This document shows, one piece after another, positions 1 to 13,769 of a stretch of DNA of 64,000 bases; the first letter of the stretch is position 1; the number at the start of each line of letters is the position of its first letter. Made by a program: the position numbers and the translations under genes. Location of the stretch: assembly GCF_963921235.1 (NCBI RefSeq), contig NC_086097.1, forward strand, positions 194,372,001-194,436,000. Reading direction: 5' to 3'. Source of the stretch: Mobula hypostoma. Taxonomy: Eukaryota. Below the pieces are notes generated by a model that did no database searches, was not told the DNA's origin, and worked only from the letters and a program-made list of their open reading frames with translations.

Positions 1-129
1 CCATGTTGCCACCCTTCAAACGTGGAGCAGAGACTTATGACTCTGGCTTGTCCTCTAATTCCCCTACATCTCTGTCCCCAAAACCCCTCTCTGTCCCCCC
101 CAAAATCCCCCAAAACCCAAAAAGAACTA

Positions 130-515
130 AAATTTCTTTACTAGGGCCTCAATATCCCTCCATTATCAAGGTTCTCTGAACTTGGTAGACTTATCTTTTA
201 TTTCAACTGGAACATACAGATTGTAATCTCTCAATATTTCATTTTTGAATGCCTCTAACAGGCCAAGCATCTCTTCAATGGAAAATAAAGTATCCCAACC
301 CACGCCTGTCAGATCCCTTCTGATGCCATCAAAGTTGGACTTCCTCCAATTTAGAATCTCAACCAGAGAACCTGTCCTATCCTTTTCTATAATTATTTTG
401 AAACTAATAGAACTGTGATCACTAGATCTGAAGTGTTCCCCAACATAGATTATTCTACCTGCCTTCTCTCAATCTCTGAGTAGATCCAGTATTGCGCTCT
501 CTCTAGTTGGAACCA
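130..515 (-). mobile_element. CR1 LINE fragment (endonuclease C-terminus/linker)
   Basis: Reverse strand reads VPTRESAILDL, then an SDH motif and LNWRKSNFDGIR, typical of CR1 ORF2. Confidence 0.8.
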
Positions 516-523
516 CTAGTTTG

Positions 524-1285
524 GAAGAGGGCGGAGCTTAGTCATGATGGCGCTAAATGGAGACTCCCTTGCTTGCACCTTTGGGAACAGTTCTATTTCC
601 ATCTTTAATATATCTATTTTTCCCTTTCAGGGTTCTTTTGACCCTGACCTGGAGTTACACGCTGACTTCGGTTCTTTGTGGGAATGGGACCCGCTTTTGG
701 GGTTTCTTGACTGGCCGTTATTTGACACTCCAAGGACGCGGCCTAAGAGCTTAGCTCGCCTTCAGAAGTCCGAGATCTCATGGCTGTTGAGACGGGCAGA
801 TCAAAGGTCAGTGTCCCGGCAGGAAATTGGTGTGTCATGGGAGGCAGAAGATCTTTGGCTGTGTGCCCAGAGACCTGAGATCTTTTAACACCATAAACCA
901 GCAAGTTGTTTGTTATGTCTCCCCTCTCGCTGTGAAATGGAGACATCTCTTTCTCCCATATTAAGTATACCAGATCGAATACCGGTTCAATGAGTAGTCT
1001 TTGGGTTACTGCAAGTCCGTGTCTTTGCTGTTGCTTTGCTCATGCCTGAGTGCTCAGTGGTGGGTGCCGATGCTTTTTTTTTGCTGGTGGGAGGAAGGGG
1101 AATCGTTGCTTGCTGCGGCTTATGCGTGGGAAGGAGTGGAGCTGGGGCGGGGACTTTGGGGTTCTAACATTTAACTGTCATTCATTCTTTGGGGGCACTC
1201 TTCTGTTTTCGTGGATGGTTGCGAAGAAAAAGTATTTCAGGATTTATATTGTATACGTTTCTCTGACATTAAATTGACCTTTCAA
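524..1285 (+). mobile_element. Non-coding retroelement with LINE-like 3' tail
   Basis: GATGGCG near the 5' end; ends ...TTGTATACGTTTCTCTGACATTAAATTGACCTT, like other LINE-tail repeats in the window; no meaningful ORF. Confidence 0.5.
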
Positions 1286-1465
1286 AACTGTACATATTGA
1301 ATAAATAAACTTCCCTGAATGCATTTAACAAGCTCTATCGCACTCAGTCTTTTTACAGCATGGGAGTCATAGTCATTTGTGAAATGTTAAAATAACCTGG
1401 AATCACAACCTTGTATCTCTTGCAACTTCTATTTCTCTACAAATTTGCTTCTCTGAATCTTGCTG

Positions 1466-2013
1466 ACTATTTGTGTGCAGTTTTGGTCTCCAAATTTGAG
1501 GAAGGACATTCTTGCTATTGAGGGAGTGCAGCATAAGTTCACAAGGTTAATTCCTGGGATGGCGGGACTGTCATATGTTGAAAGATTGGAGCGACTGGAC
1601 TTGTATACTCTGGAATTTAGAAGGATGAGAGGGGATCTGATTGAAACATATAAGATTATTAAGGGATTGGACATGCTGGAGGCAGGAAGCACGTTCCCAC
1701 TGATGGGTGAGTCCAGAACCAGAGGCCACAGTTTAAGAATAAGGAGTAGGCTATTTAGGACGGAGTTGAGGAAAAACTCTTTCACCCAGAGAGTGGTGGA
1801 TATGTGGAACGCTCTGCCCCAGAAGGCAGTGGAGGCCAAGTCTCTGGATGCTTTCAAGAAAGAGATGGCTAGAGCTCTTAAAGATAGCGGAATCAAAGGT
1901 TATGGGGATAAGGCAGGAACTGGATACTGATTGTGGATGATCAGCTATGATCACAGTGAATGGCGGTGCTGGCTCGAAGGGCCGAATGGCCTACTCCTGC
2001 ACCTATTGTCTAT
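1466..2013 (+). mobile_element. CR1 LINE 3' end (ORF2 C-terminus + 3' UTR)
   Basis: ORF 1460-1930 (CVQFWSP...RRMRGDLIETYKI...TRGHSL...FTQRVV) and tail GGCCGAATGGCCTACTCCTGC. Confidence 0.92.
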
Positions 2014-2049
2014 TTGGAGGTCTGTAATATATTACCTTGAATGTGGAGT

Positions 2050-2290
2050 TATAGGAGCCTGAAGATGCACACTCAACATTTTAGGAACAGCTTCATCACT
2101 TCCACCATCAGATTTCTCAACAGATCATGAACACTGCCTCACTTCTGCTCTCTTTTTGCATCACTTACTTATTTGTTATATTTCCTATTGTAACTGAGAG
2201 TATTTTCATACATTGCACAGTACTGTTACTGCAAAACTGCAAATTTCACGACACTTGTCAGTAACAACAAACCTGATTCTGATTCTGATT
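2050..2290 (+). mobile_element. Rex1/Babar-type LINE 3' tail
   Basis: AGGAACAGCTTC...CCATCAGATTTCT followed by a terminal (GATTCT)n tandem tail; the reverse of this tail ends the Rex1 copy at 36221. Confidence 0.6.
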
Positions 2291-2368
2291 TATTCCTTGA
2301 GTCAGACCCCTTCAGAACTTTATATGTTTTAATGCAATCCCCTCTCAACCTTCCAAAGTCTGGACAAC

Positions 2369-2900
2369 ATGTGTCTGCTTTGTTTTTGAAATGGCTTCTC
2401 TGTAATGTTAACTGATGAGGTGATGTTCTTTGTAGCTGAAATGTTTGGGTTATAATTAGAGATAACGGGGAACTAACCAAAGGAAATCATGTTATTCTAT
2501 CTGCATGTGTGGGAACCTGAGTGAGTGCGTGGGAGATCGGCGAGGAGAGACGAAGAGGAAGAACATGCGGGACTCGCTCTGGTAGACCACCGTGGTTGGT
2601 CAAAGTCTGTGGGTCATGGAGTTCAGAGGAAATCGAATGGTAGATCGAGGATATTGTGTGAGCTCCAACATTGTGCACGAACTGTATAATCCCTATTCTT
2701 GGCGCCTTTTTATTTTATTTTTTTGTTTCTCTACTAACCCCATAGTCACAGTAAAATTTATAAAGTGTAATCATTTAAACATACATTGTGTACTGCCTGA
2801 TATTTTACGTTGTGGGTTTTACCGGAGTGCATTACACAGCATCTACGCAACTGTGAGACACCGTCTGGCGGGCAGACGGTGGTTTCCCCTTGGTGAATGT
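2369..2900 (+). mobile_element. LTR-like sequence, same family as the LTR at ~42200-42676
   Basis: 2389-2468 (ATGGCTTCTCTGTAATGTT...AATGTTTGGGTTAT...GAGATAAC) matches the reverse complement of ~42558-42638. Ends uncertain. Confidence 0.55.
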
Positions 2901-5228
2901 GGGTTGATAGAGCTGAGTAGGTATGATCATGTATGAATATGTATGTATGATCATGGCATGTATTTGGACTTTCTGCAGGCCTCCAATAAGGTGCCATAAG
3001 AGAGATTATTTTAAAAAAGTCAGAGTGCTTAATAGTCAAGGCATTATGTAGCACAAATCATCATTTGTTAAGAGATAGAAGAGAATAGGAATAAACATGT
3101 CATTCTTGGGTTGGAAGGATACGTCTAAGAGGATGTTGCAGGGATCAGTGTAGGCTGCCTTTTAATGATTTGTGTGAGAAAATCAAGTGTTATATATCTA
3201 AGTGTTGTGATATGAAGCTTAGTGTCACTGTGGATTGTAATGAGGATACAAAGAAGCTACAGAAAGTTAACCAAATGGAAATAATATGGAAAAATGTATG
3301 GTTCTACCTGACCCTACTGTTGCAGAGGATGATTCTGGCCTCAAGCTCACACAATAATAAAATTCAGTGTCTCTCTTTCCATTTCACAAAAATGCCCTCT
3401 TCCTATTAATAAAGGACAATAATAAAACCTATGCAAATAAGGATTTTTCTTTGCATTTTAAGAGCATGAATTGTTTTATACTTGAATGGTATTGAACATT
3501 ACACATTGCTGAACGTTTCATTTTATTATGTAGGGTGGACTATTTTTGAAGCCGCTGAATGTGATTCAGTCTTGAAAAGCAGCCTGAGGTATTGATACCA
3601 TGTGTCTGAGATGGTTTGTCTCCAACAATCACAACCAACTTCCTTTATGGCATCTATGACTACATTGAGTGGAGAGATACTTTTCCCTATGATTCCTGTT
3701 CAATTTACCTGAGCTTGTTATTGCATTGAAGCATCTTCTGCATCATAGAATGTGGAGAGGCAAATGGAACCATGCATTGCAGTCATCAGTAGAAGCTATA
3801 TTTCCAACATAGTTAACACTTCAGGTCAAAGACCCTTAATCAGGATCTTTATCTTCAGCTTGAAATACAAATTCTCTTACCCTTTTCAGAAGCTGTGATT
3901 CTTTCTTCTCGACATTCCGGTGAAGGGAAACGTCCTCCTTGATCTAGCTCAATTAAATACAAATCTTATCTATTTAGTTTTGCCATCCCAGGAATTACTC
4001 CAAATATTTTTTTTGTATATGAATCTTTGCCTGATTAAGGAGTGTAAAACTACACAAAACACCTAAATGGTGTTTTCTTCAAGATCCTGTATGATTACAA
4101 TGAGATGTCCTTGCTCATGCATACATATCCACTAGCTATGAAGGACAAAGTGGCATTTTCCTTCTTGGTTCCATATTACACCTGGATGTTTGCCTTCAGT
4201 AACTGGAGCACGGGGACATCCAATGTCTTTGAATATCAACCACTCTACAATCTAATACCAAGTAAATAATAAGTTAAATTTTTAATTATCCTATGGGTGG
4301 ATGATTTCATACTTATCTATCTGCCATGTATTTGACCACTCACTCAATCTGACTAAGTCATCATGAAGCAATTCATAATCCCATCCAATTTAATGTTATC
4401 AGCAACTTTTGAAATATTGCACTTTCTCTCCTCATTCAAATTATTGATATATATTATGAACAGCTATGACACTAAATTGCTTAATGCCTGACATCACATA
4501 AAAGATCCACTTATTCCTTTGCTACATCCTATATGTAAAACAATTTTCAATTTATGATACAACTTTACTTTCTGCGCCATGTGCTTTTAATTGGAACACC
4601 AACCTCTTACATGGTACTTTCTGAAAACCCCAAACTACCTCGTCTATTTGTTCTCTCTTTTCTGTTCTACCAATTATATCCTCAAAAGAAAATAACTCCA
4701 GTAAATTTATGTTTCCCTTTAAGATATGATGAAGGTTGACACTATTGGAAGAAATCTAAAATTGAGAATTTTAACATATCTAAGGAAGCTAAGTATTTTT
4801 GAAATTCTTGATATCAGTACAATCATTCAGGCAAGAGAAAGTGTGACTTCCCTTACTGTGCATAATGGCTAGGTTTTTCTCTTCTAAAATCTGAATATAA
4901 TTGGTAACTCTGATCATAACTTCACAGCGATGAGTAAATCCATTTATAAACTCACTGTGTTGGAGTATTATATTGGCAAGTTATGTATTTGTTTGCAAGA
5001 TAACTGTGGCTTAATAGTTCTGAATAGTAGCAATATCAGAAGTATTAAACTATAGATTGAGTAGGAATATTTTAAACTACAATTAGATTTCATTGTAACT
5101 TAAGCATTTTGGACTGTTGTCTGCCATAGGGCAAGTGTTTGATACATTCCAAGGCAATAACATGTGGATGACAGACACTCATTCCTAACCCGAACATGGA
5201 AAGTAGCAATACAGATAGAATTTGCAGG

Positions 5229-5330
5229 TACTGTTCCCTCTAAGCTGCACAGGTGCACGGCTGCACAGTAACTGAAATGCTCCCATGTATATAGCCTTCA
5301 TTGCCGCACAGCTGGGATTTTCTTTTACAT
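5229..5330 (+). mobile_element. Possible hAT/MITE terminal fragment
   Basis: TACTGTTCCCTCTAAGCTGC resembles CAGTGTTCCCTCTAAG-type DNA-transposon termini; partner TIR not seen. Confidence 0.3.
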
Positions 5331-6092
5331 AATGTTAACATGATTTTGAAATTATGCTACTGTAATTTTGAAATCTACAGTATTTTCATATTATTGTGAA
5401 ATACCATGTAATTAGTTATATTAATAAATATAATCCATATTTTTTCTAAATAATTAACATTCCACAACCTTTACTTTGAAACACTGTCAAGTTTCAATGT
5501 ACTTACATTGTCAATGTTTCAAGTTACAACACTGTTATAAATTACAAAAATAAACATAGATGGAGTTCAGTAGGGCCTAATGACACAGTTTATTGGAGTG
5601 ACAAAGTGAAAGGTATGCTTGTTAAGCAGCCTCCTGTGTGGCACCATGTCAAATGCCTTCTGAAAATCCAAGTGCACAACATCCACCAATTCTCCTTGTC
5701 TGTTCTAATTGTTATTTCTTCAAGGAATTACAACAGATTTGTCAGGCAAGATTTTCCCTTGAGGAAACCATGTTGACTATGGCCTGTTTTATCATGTGCC
5801 GCCAAGTACCCTGAAACCACATCCTTAACAATCAACTCCAACATCTTCTCAACTACTGAGGTAAGAGAACAACTGGCCTGTATTTTTTTCTTTTTTTCTG
5901 CCTTTCTCCATTCTTGAAGAGTGCAGTAACATTTGCAATTTTTCAGTCCTCCAGAACCATGCCAGAATTAATTGATTGTTGAAAGATTATTACAAATGGC
6001 TCCACAATCTCTTCAGCTACCTCTTTCAGAACTCTGAGGTGTTGACCATCTGGTCCAATTGACTTATCTACCTGTAGATTTTTAAAGTTTCC

Positions 6093-7047
6093 TGTTACGT
6101 ACCCCGTAACTGGGTTGCCAAACCAGCAGAAATGGATCACTCAGTTGGAGTCTGGATTACTAGAACTAAGAAAGTTTTATTAAAGAAACAATCAACACAG
6201 TAATCGAAAGGATAATAAATGCAACAGTTCAGCAATATAAACACACATGTGCACAGAATTAAGATAACAGCATCAATCAAGCTCTATCGTTGTCTAGGGA
6301 TAAATAACCAATTTCAAAGTGACACAAAGTTCAGTCCAATTTAGTAGTTCAGTTCGCAGTAATCGTTGCCATGGCGATGGACAACGTGGGGGGAGAGAGA
6401 GAGAGAACGGGAACGACTGATCGTTCAGACACGGCTTCCACTCACAGACCGGCGATATTGCTCACGAGCAGCTTTCGAGCGGGTCCTTTGTGATGTCACC
6501 TGAGGTCACCGACTGTGACCCCTCCTCCAGATGCGGTCGATCCTCTGCAGTGAACCCGGCACCCAAGCGAGGGTGGACACACACCGGGTTCCCGCTGATC
6601 GTACCTTTCCACCCTGTGCGTTTAAGGTCCGATACTTCCCACCGACTCGTGAGAGGTGCAACGCTTCCAGGGTCTCGTTACCTCGGGTGTCGTGTGTCCT
6701 GCCTTAGCGAACCTGTCCCTTTTTATCCCCCCGCTGGGGTATCGCCTGTCCATCACTTCAAACAGTTCAGGGTTCAAAGGGGGAGCCGCTCCAGACAGCT
6801 CTCTCTCCCGTCCCTTCATTACACATCTCCAGATCACCTGTCCATCACTTCAAACAGTTCAGGGTTCAAAGGGGGAGCCGCTCCAGACAGCTCTCTCTCT
6901 CCCGTCCCTTCATTACACATCTCCAGATGCTGCTTCATTGTCCCTTATCTCTCCTTCCCCTGAGGGTAGGTGGCAGACCAACTGCTGATGCCACTGATGC
7001 TAACCCAGGCCAGCAAACATCTTAATTTTATCTGTATTCTCGTCACA
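6093..7047 (-). mobile_element. Solo LTR (Gypsy-type), 955 bp
   Basis: TGTTACG...CGTCACA termini (imperfect inverted repeat), 4-bp TSD TTCC at 6089-6092 and 7048-7051, AATAAA on the minus strand near 6176-6181. Confidence 0.88.
6745..6928. repeat. ~92-bp tandem duplication inside the solo LTR
   Basis: CCTGTCCATCACTTCAAACAGTTCAGGG...CATCTCCAGAT occurs at 6745-6834 and 6837-6928. Confidence 0.95.
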
Positions 7048-8603
7048 TTCCCAATAATCTTCTCCCTAGTAATGGCAAATTCACACACTTCTGCCCCCTT
7101 CCACCGTGAAGACTGATGCAAAATACTTATTTAATTCTTCCACCATTTCCTACTCCCCCATTACTACCTCGCCAGCATCATTTTCTAGTGGTCCAATATC
7201 TACACTTGCCTCTCTTTTACACTTTATACATCTGAAGGAACTTCTAGTATCCTCTTTAATATTATTGGCTGCTTACCTTTGTATTCCATCTTTTCCTTCT
7301 TTATGACTCTAGTTGCCTTCTGTTGGTTTTTAAAAGCTTCCAAATCCTCTAACTTCCCACTAATTTTTACTCTATTATATGTTCTCTCTTTAGCTCTAAT
7401 GTTGGCTTTGACTTCCCTTGTTAGGCACATTTGTGTCATCCTGCCTTTGGAATACTTCCTTCTGCACCTTCCAAATTGCTCCCAAATATTTCAACTAATG
7501 CTTTTCTGCCATCATCCCTGCTGCTGTTCCCTTCTAATCAATCTTGGCCAATTCCTCTCTCATGCCTCTGGAATTCTCTTACTCCACAGTATACTGATAC
7601 ATCTGACTTTAGCTTCTCTTTCTCAAATTGCAGAGTGAATTCTACCATATTATGATCACTGGCCCCTCAGGTTTTCTTTACCTTAAGCTCTCTAATCAAT
7701 TCTGGTTCATTTCACAACACCCAATCTAGAACAGCTGATCCCCTAATGTTCATAACCATGAGTTGCTCTAAAAAACCATCTCAAAGGCATTCTAGAAATC
7801 CCCCTCTGGGGATCCAGCATCAATCTGATTTTCCAGGTGTACCTGCACATTGATATCCTCCATGACTGTTGTAATATTGCCCTTTTGACATGTATTTTCT
7901 ATCTCCTGTTGTAATTTGTTGACCACATCATTGCTACTGTTCAGAGGCCTGTATTTAACTCCCATTTGGATCTTTAAGGCCTTACATTTTCTTAGCTCTA
8001 CCCACAATGATTCTACACCTTCCAATTCTATGCCACCTCTTACTAATGATTTGATTTCATTTTTTACCACAGAGCCTCCTATTCTGCCTAACTCACTGTC
8101 CTTTCGATACAATGCGCATACTTGGATGTTAAGTTCTCTGCTTTCAGCCACCATTCAGTGATGCCCTCAATGTCATACATGTAAGGTTAAGGGTCAACCA
8201 TGCATCCCTTAAGCCTGTTGTTTAAGGCCTTGAGTTCTTCAACAGCATCCTGAAGGCAACACAAGGTTCAGACTATTACCATGCTGTGATTGTTTAACGC
8301 ATGTAAAATGGGCACAAGTCTGTTGATTAATCTCCCTACATGACATATCGCAGATGACCAGCGGTCTGTTCAGACAGGACTCATACACCCCAGTGTGTTT
8401 TGGGTTTCTAAGCTGATGCACAACACTTGGTCTTCCTCAGTGAAATGTGGTGAAAATACAGTATTTCAAATATACATCATGTTACAATATAGAATGATTC
8501 ATCATTGTGTCTGCAAGTATATTTATAGTTACTTCCTCAATTGAAAAGTCAGCCATGGTTTCTGCAGAGATTCTGCAGATGCTGGAAATCTTAGCAGCAC
8601 ACA

Positions 8604-11434
8604 CAAGAAGCATCAGGAACAAAGGTGGTGAACTGAGGGCTTGGATACATACATGGAATTATGATGTAGTGGCCATTACAGAGACTTGGCTGACACCAGG
8701 GCAGGAATGGATTCTCAATATTCCTGGATCTCAGTGTTCTAAAAGGGATGGGGGGGAGGGGAGGAGGGGTGGCATTACTGGTCAGGGATACTATTACAGC
8801 TACAGAAAGGGTGGGTAATGTAGCAGGATCCTCTTTTGAGTCAGTATGGGTGGAAGTCAGGAACAGGAAGGGAGCAGTTACTCTATTGGGAGCACTTTAT
8901 AGGCCCCCTGGTAGCAGCAGAGATACCGAGGAACAGATTGTGAGGCAGATTTTGGAAAGATGCAAAAATAACAGGGTTATTATCATGGGTGACTTTAACT
9001 TCCCTAATATTGATTGGCACCTGATTAGTTCAAAGGGTTTGGACAGGCAGAGTTTGTTAAGTGTGTCCAGGACGGATTCCTGTCACAGTATGTTGACAGG
9101 CTGACTAGGGGGAATGCCATACTAGATCTAGTATTAGGTAACGAACTGGGTCAGATCACAGATCTCTCAGTGGGTGAGCATTTGGGGGACAGTGACCACT
9201 GCTCCCTGGCCTTCAGCATTATCATGGAAAAGGATAAAATCAGAGAGGACAGGAAAATTTTTAATTGGGAAAGGGCAAATTATGAGGCTATAAGGCTAGA
9301 ACTTGCGGGTGTAAATTGAGATGATGTTTTTCCAGGGAAATGTATTATGGACATGTAGTTGATGTTTAGAGATCTCTTGCGGGATGTTAGGGACAAATTT
9401 GTCCCGGTGAGGAAGAAAAAGAATGGTAGGGTGAAGGAACAATGGGTGACAAGTGAGGTAGAAAATCTAGTCAGGTAGAAGAAGGCAGCATACATGAGGT
9501 TTAGGAAGCAAGGATCAGATGGGTCTATTGAAGAATATAGGTTAGCAAGAAAGGAGCTTAAGAAGGGGTTGAGAGGAGCAAGAAGGGGGCATGAGAAGGC
9601 CTTGGCAAGTAGGGTAAAGGAAAACCCCAAGGCATTCTTCAATTATGTGAAGAAAAAAAGGATGACAGGAGTGAAAGTAGGACCAATTAGAGATAAAGGT
9701 GGGAAGATGTGCCTGGAGGCTGTGGAGTGAGCGAGGTCGTCAATGAGTACTTCTCTTCGGTATTTACCAATGAGAGGGAACTTGATGATGGTGAGAACAA
9801 TATGAGTGAGGTTGATGTTCTGGAGCATGTTGATATTAAGGGAGAGGAGCTGTTGGAATTATTAAAATACATTAGGATGGATAAGTGCCCGGGGCCTGAT
9901 GGAATATTCCCCAGGCTGCTCCACGAGGCGAGGGAAGAGATTGCTGAGCCTCTGGTTAGGAACTTTATGCCCTTGTTGTCCATGGGAATGGTACTGGAGG
10001 ATTGGAGGGAGGCAAATGTTGTCCTCTTGTTCAAAAAAGGTAGTAGGGATAGTATGGGTAATTATAGACCAGTGAGCCTTACATCTGTGGTGGGAAAGCT
10101 GTCGGAAAAGATTCTTCGAGATAGGATCTATGAGCATTTAGAGAATCATGGTCTGATCAGGGACAGTCAGCATGGCTTTGTGAAGGGCAGATCATGTCTA
10201 ACAAGTCTGATAGAGTTCTTTGAGGAGGTGACCAGGCATATAGATGAGGGTAGTGCAGTGGATGTGATCTATATGGATTTTAGTAAGGCATTTGACAAGA
10301 TTCCACATGGTAAGCTTATTCAGAAAGTCTGAATGCATGGGATCCAGGGAAATTTGGCCAGGTGGATTCAGAATTGGCTTGCCTGCAGAAGGCAGAGGGT
10401 CGTGGTGGAGGGAGTATATTCGGATTGGAGGGTTGTGACTAGTGGTATCCCACAAGGGTCGGATCTGGGACCTCTACTTTTCATGATTTTTATTAATGAC
10501 CTGACGTGGGGGCAGAAGGTTGGGTTGGCAAGTTTGCAGACGACACAAAGGTTGGTGGTGTTGTAGATAGTGTGGAGGATTGTCGAAGATTGCAGAGAGA
10601 CATTGATAGGTCGCAGAAATGGGCTGAGAAGTGACAGATGGAGTTCAACCTGGAGAAGTGTGAGGTGGTACACTTTGGAAGGACAAACTCCAAGGCAGAG
10701 TACAAAGCAAATGGCCGGATACTTGGTAGTGTGGAGGAGCAGAGGGATCTGGGGGTACATGTCCACAGATCCCTGAAAGTTGCCTCACAGGTAGATAGGG
10801 TAGTTAAGAAAGCTTATGGAGTGTTAGCTTTCATAAATTGAGGGATATGGTTTAAGAGTCGTGAGGTAATGATGCAGCTACATAAAACTCTGGTTAGGCC
10901 ACACTTGGAGTACTGTGTCCAGTTCTGGTCACCTCACTACAGGAAGGATGTGGAAGCATTGAAAAGAGTACAGAGGAGATTTAACAGGATGCTGCCTGGT
11001 TTAGAGAGTATGCGTTATGATCAGAGATTAAGGGAGCTAGGGCTTTACTCTTTGGAGAGAAGGAGGATGAGAGGAGACATGATAGAGGTATACAAGATAT
11101 TAAGAGGAATAGATAGAGTGGATAGCCAGCGCCTCTTCCCCAGGGCACCACTGCTCAATACAAGAGGACATGGCTTTAAGGTAAGGGGTGGGAAGTTCAA
11201 GGGGGATATTAGAGGAAGGTTTTTCACTCAGAGAGTGGTTGGTGCATGGAATGCACTGCCTGAGTCAGTGGTGGAGGCAGATACACTAGTGAAGTTTGAG
11301 AGACTACACAAATCTGAAGAGAGGTATGTGGAGGAATTTAAAGTGGCGGGGGGGTGTTATATGGGAGGCAGGGTTTGAGGGTCGGCACAACAATGTGTGC
11401 CAAAGGGCCTGTACTGTGCTGTACTATTCTATGT
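8604..11434 (+). mobile_element. CR1 LINE with nearly complete, pseudogenised ORF2 (APE endonuclease + RT) and 3' UTR
   Basis: RSIRNK...YDVVAITETWL, YRPP, MGDFNFPNIDW, NYRPVSLTSVVGK, VIYMDFSKAFDK, GIPQGS, RPHLEYCVQFWSP; broken by stops and frameshifts. Confidence 0.95.
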
Positions 11435-12099
11435 CAAATTTTCCTTGATTGTATCATCTACACCCTACATTTCAGCTGTGTAATGCCTGTCACTGTGTAC
11501 TCCTCTTCCCAACTCTTAACTCTCTGATTCCATTGTAAGTACAGAAACAAATGGACCCATTCCAGAAATTTGCTTCACAGCGATACAGGGATGTGTGGAA
11601 TTCTCTTAGCCTAGTTAAGTTATTACTCATGTTTCAGATATAAATGGGTTTTTGAGAAGTTTGTTGCTTAAACATTAAACTATTGAAAGTACAGTTATAT
11701 GATAAACACATGTAATCTGGTTTCTTGCATTTAAAGTGATCAAGCTTGTTCATTGGTTGTATTCTTTCTGACAGTTCATTGAGTTCCTACCTTGAAGGCT
11801 GCCAGATAATACCAAGCAATCGTTACTTATATATCACTTAAAATAAAGTCTAGAATATTTGTTCATTTCAAATCAGTCTGTATGCTGTTCAGATATGCTG
11901 GAAAAAAAATAGTTTCCTCTGTCTGAACCTCCAGCAATGACTTGTTGATTTCCTGCTTATCCCATATACCGTGACCACATGCTTAAGCCTCAATAGAGAA
12001 TTTAACTCTGTGGCCTTGTCTCTTGCTGTCACTTCAGAAGCTGTGCTCAGAACGAAGGTGCCATTACCCAGATACAATAACACTACAGTGGCGTAGACA

Positions 12100-13590
12100 A
12101 CAAGCCTAGAAATAGGTGATGTGTGTAAGAATGGAATGGCAGTTGTCATGGGGGACTTTGACTTGCACATAGATTGGGTGAATCAAGTAACTTGAAGCAA
12201 GCTTGGAGAGGGTGTCACAAAATGCATCTACGATAGCTTTCTTAAACAACATGTTACTGAACCTCTAACAGAAAATACTATCCGAGAATGGTCCTGTGCA
12301 ATGAGATAGGTAAAATTTATTATCTTGTAGTTTGGGATCCTTTTGGAAAGAGTGATCACAGTACGTTTGAATTTCTCATACAAATGTAGGGTGCACTAAT
12401 GTGTTCTAAAACCAGTGCATTATGTCTAAATAAGAGAGTACAATGGGATGAGGGAGGAGGAGCTGGCTAGTGTAGATTGGGAACACAGGGTATATGGTGA
12501 GAGAGTTGACGAAGAGTGGGAGACTTCTAAAGAAACTTTTCACAATGCTCAGCAAAAGTATATTCCACATATAAGCAAGGATATTAAAGGTGGGAAAGCT
12601 ATTCTTGGAAGACTAAGAAAATAAAGGAGAAGATCAAGCTGAAAGTTCATGCACACAAAGTTGCCACAACTAGTGGGAAACTGGAAGATTGGGAAAACTT
12701 TATAAAGCAGTAGAGAACCACTCAGCAAGCATAAGGTAAAGGAAAATAGATTATGAAAACAAACTAACACGAAACATAAAAGTGGATAGTAAAAATGTTT
12801 ATCATTATAAACAGCAGAAAAGAGTGGCTGAAGTGAATATACTTCCCTAGAAAGATGAGAAAGGATAACTAATAATGAGTAATGCTGAAATTGCTGAGGC
12901 ATTGGACAACTGGTGTCTGTCAGTCTTCAAGCTGGAGGACATGTCTAACATTTCTCTAATTGGCAATCAGTGGTGCGTGGAGTACTGCAGGGGTCGGTGC
13001 TGAGCCCACAACTGTTCATGATATTTATTACCAATATGGAAAAGGGTTATCTAAGTTTGTTGATGAGACTAAATTGAGTGGAAAATCAAATTTTGCTGAG
13101 AATTTGGAGAGTCTGCACAGAGATACTGATAGGTTAAATGAATGTGCAGATGGAGTATTATGTTGGTAAATACAGGGCCATACATTTTAGAAGGAAAAAT
13201 ATAATTATATAATGGTGAAAGATTGCAGTATGCTGTTGTGTAGAGGAACTTGGAAGTGCTTGTGTCTGAATTGCAAATGGCTAGTTTGCAGGTACAACAG
13301 TTTATCAAGAAGGCAAATGGAATGTTGGCCCTCCACCTCGAAAGAGGTTAAATTTAAGAGCAGAAGTTGCGCTGGGTTCCAGTGTGTGGTCAGATCTGGA
13401 ATACTGCATGTAGTTCTTGAGGAAATATATACTGGCTTTGAAGGTGGTGCAGAGGAAGTTCATCAGGTTGATTCTAGTGGTGAGGGGGTTATCCTCTGAA
13501 GAAAGATTGAGTCACCTAGTTCTCTACTTGCTGGAATTCAGAAGGAGAGGTGATCTTATAAAATATAAGAAACTATGAAAAGGATAGATA
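12100..13590 (+). mobile_element. Old degraded CR1 LINE
   Basis: VMGDF and SDH motifs, SKFVDETKL, and 3' RT remnants. Confidence 0.75.
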
Positions 13591-13769
13591 AGATATATTC
13601 AGATTCGGAATTACTTATCACATGTACAATGAAATGTGTCATTTGAGTTCAAGGATGAGATGGGGCAGCCCGCAAGTGCACTATGCATTCTGGTGCCAAC
13701 ATAGCATGCTTATCATGTTCAGCAGAAAAATACAGGCAGAAATAACAACAAAAACAACAACAAAGATTT

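Larger units (their letters stand above)
5620..8180 (-). mobile_element. Degraded CR1 LINE (EN to RT), split by a solo LTR
   Basis: Reverse ORFs ESLWVELRKCK...YRPLNS, REVKANIRAKERTYN and VDKSIGPDGQHLRVLKEVAEEIV are collinear across the 6093-7047 insert. Confidence 0.88.

Noticed and set aside
3534..3730. Possible exon(s) in unique-looking sequence
   Set aside because: Short open frames with no recognisable protein and a weak donor site.
6490..6988. 157-aa and 110-aa ORFs with repeated peptides
   Set aside because: They lie inside the solo LTR; the peptide repeats just reflect the 92-bp duplication.
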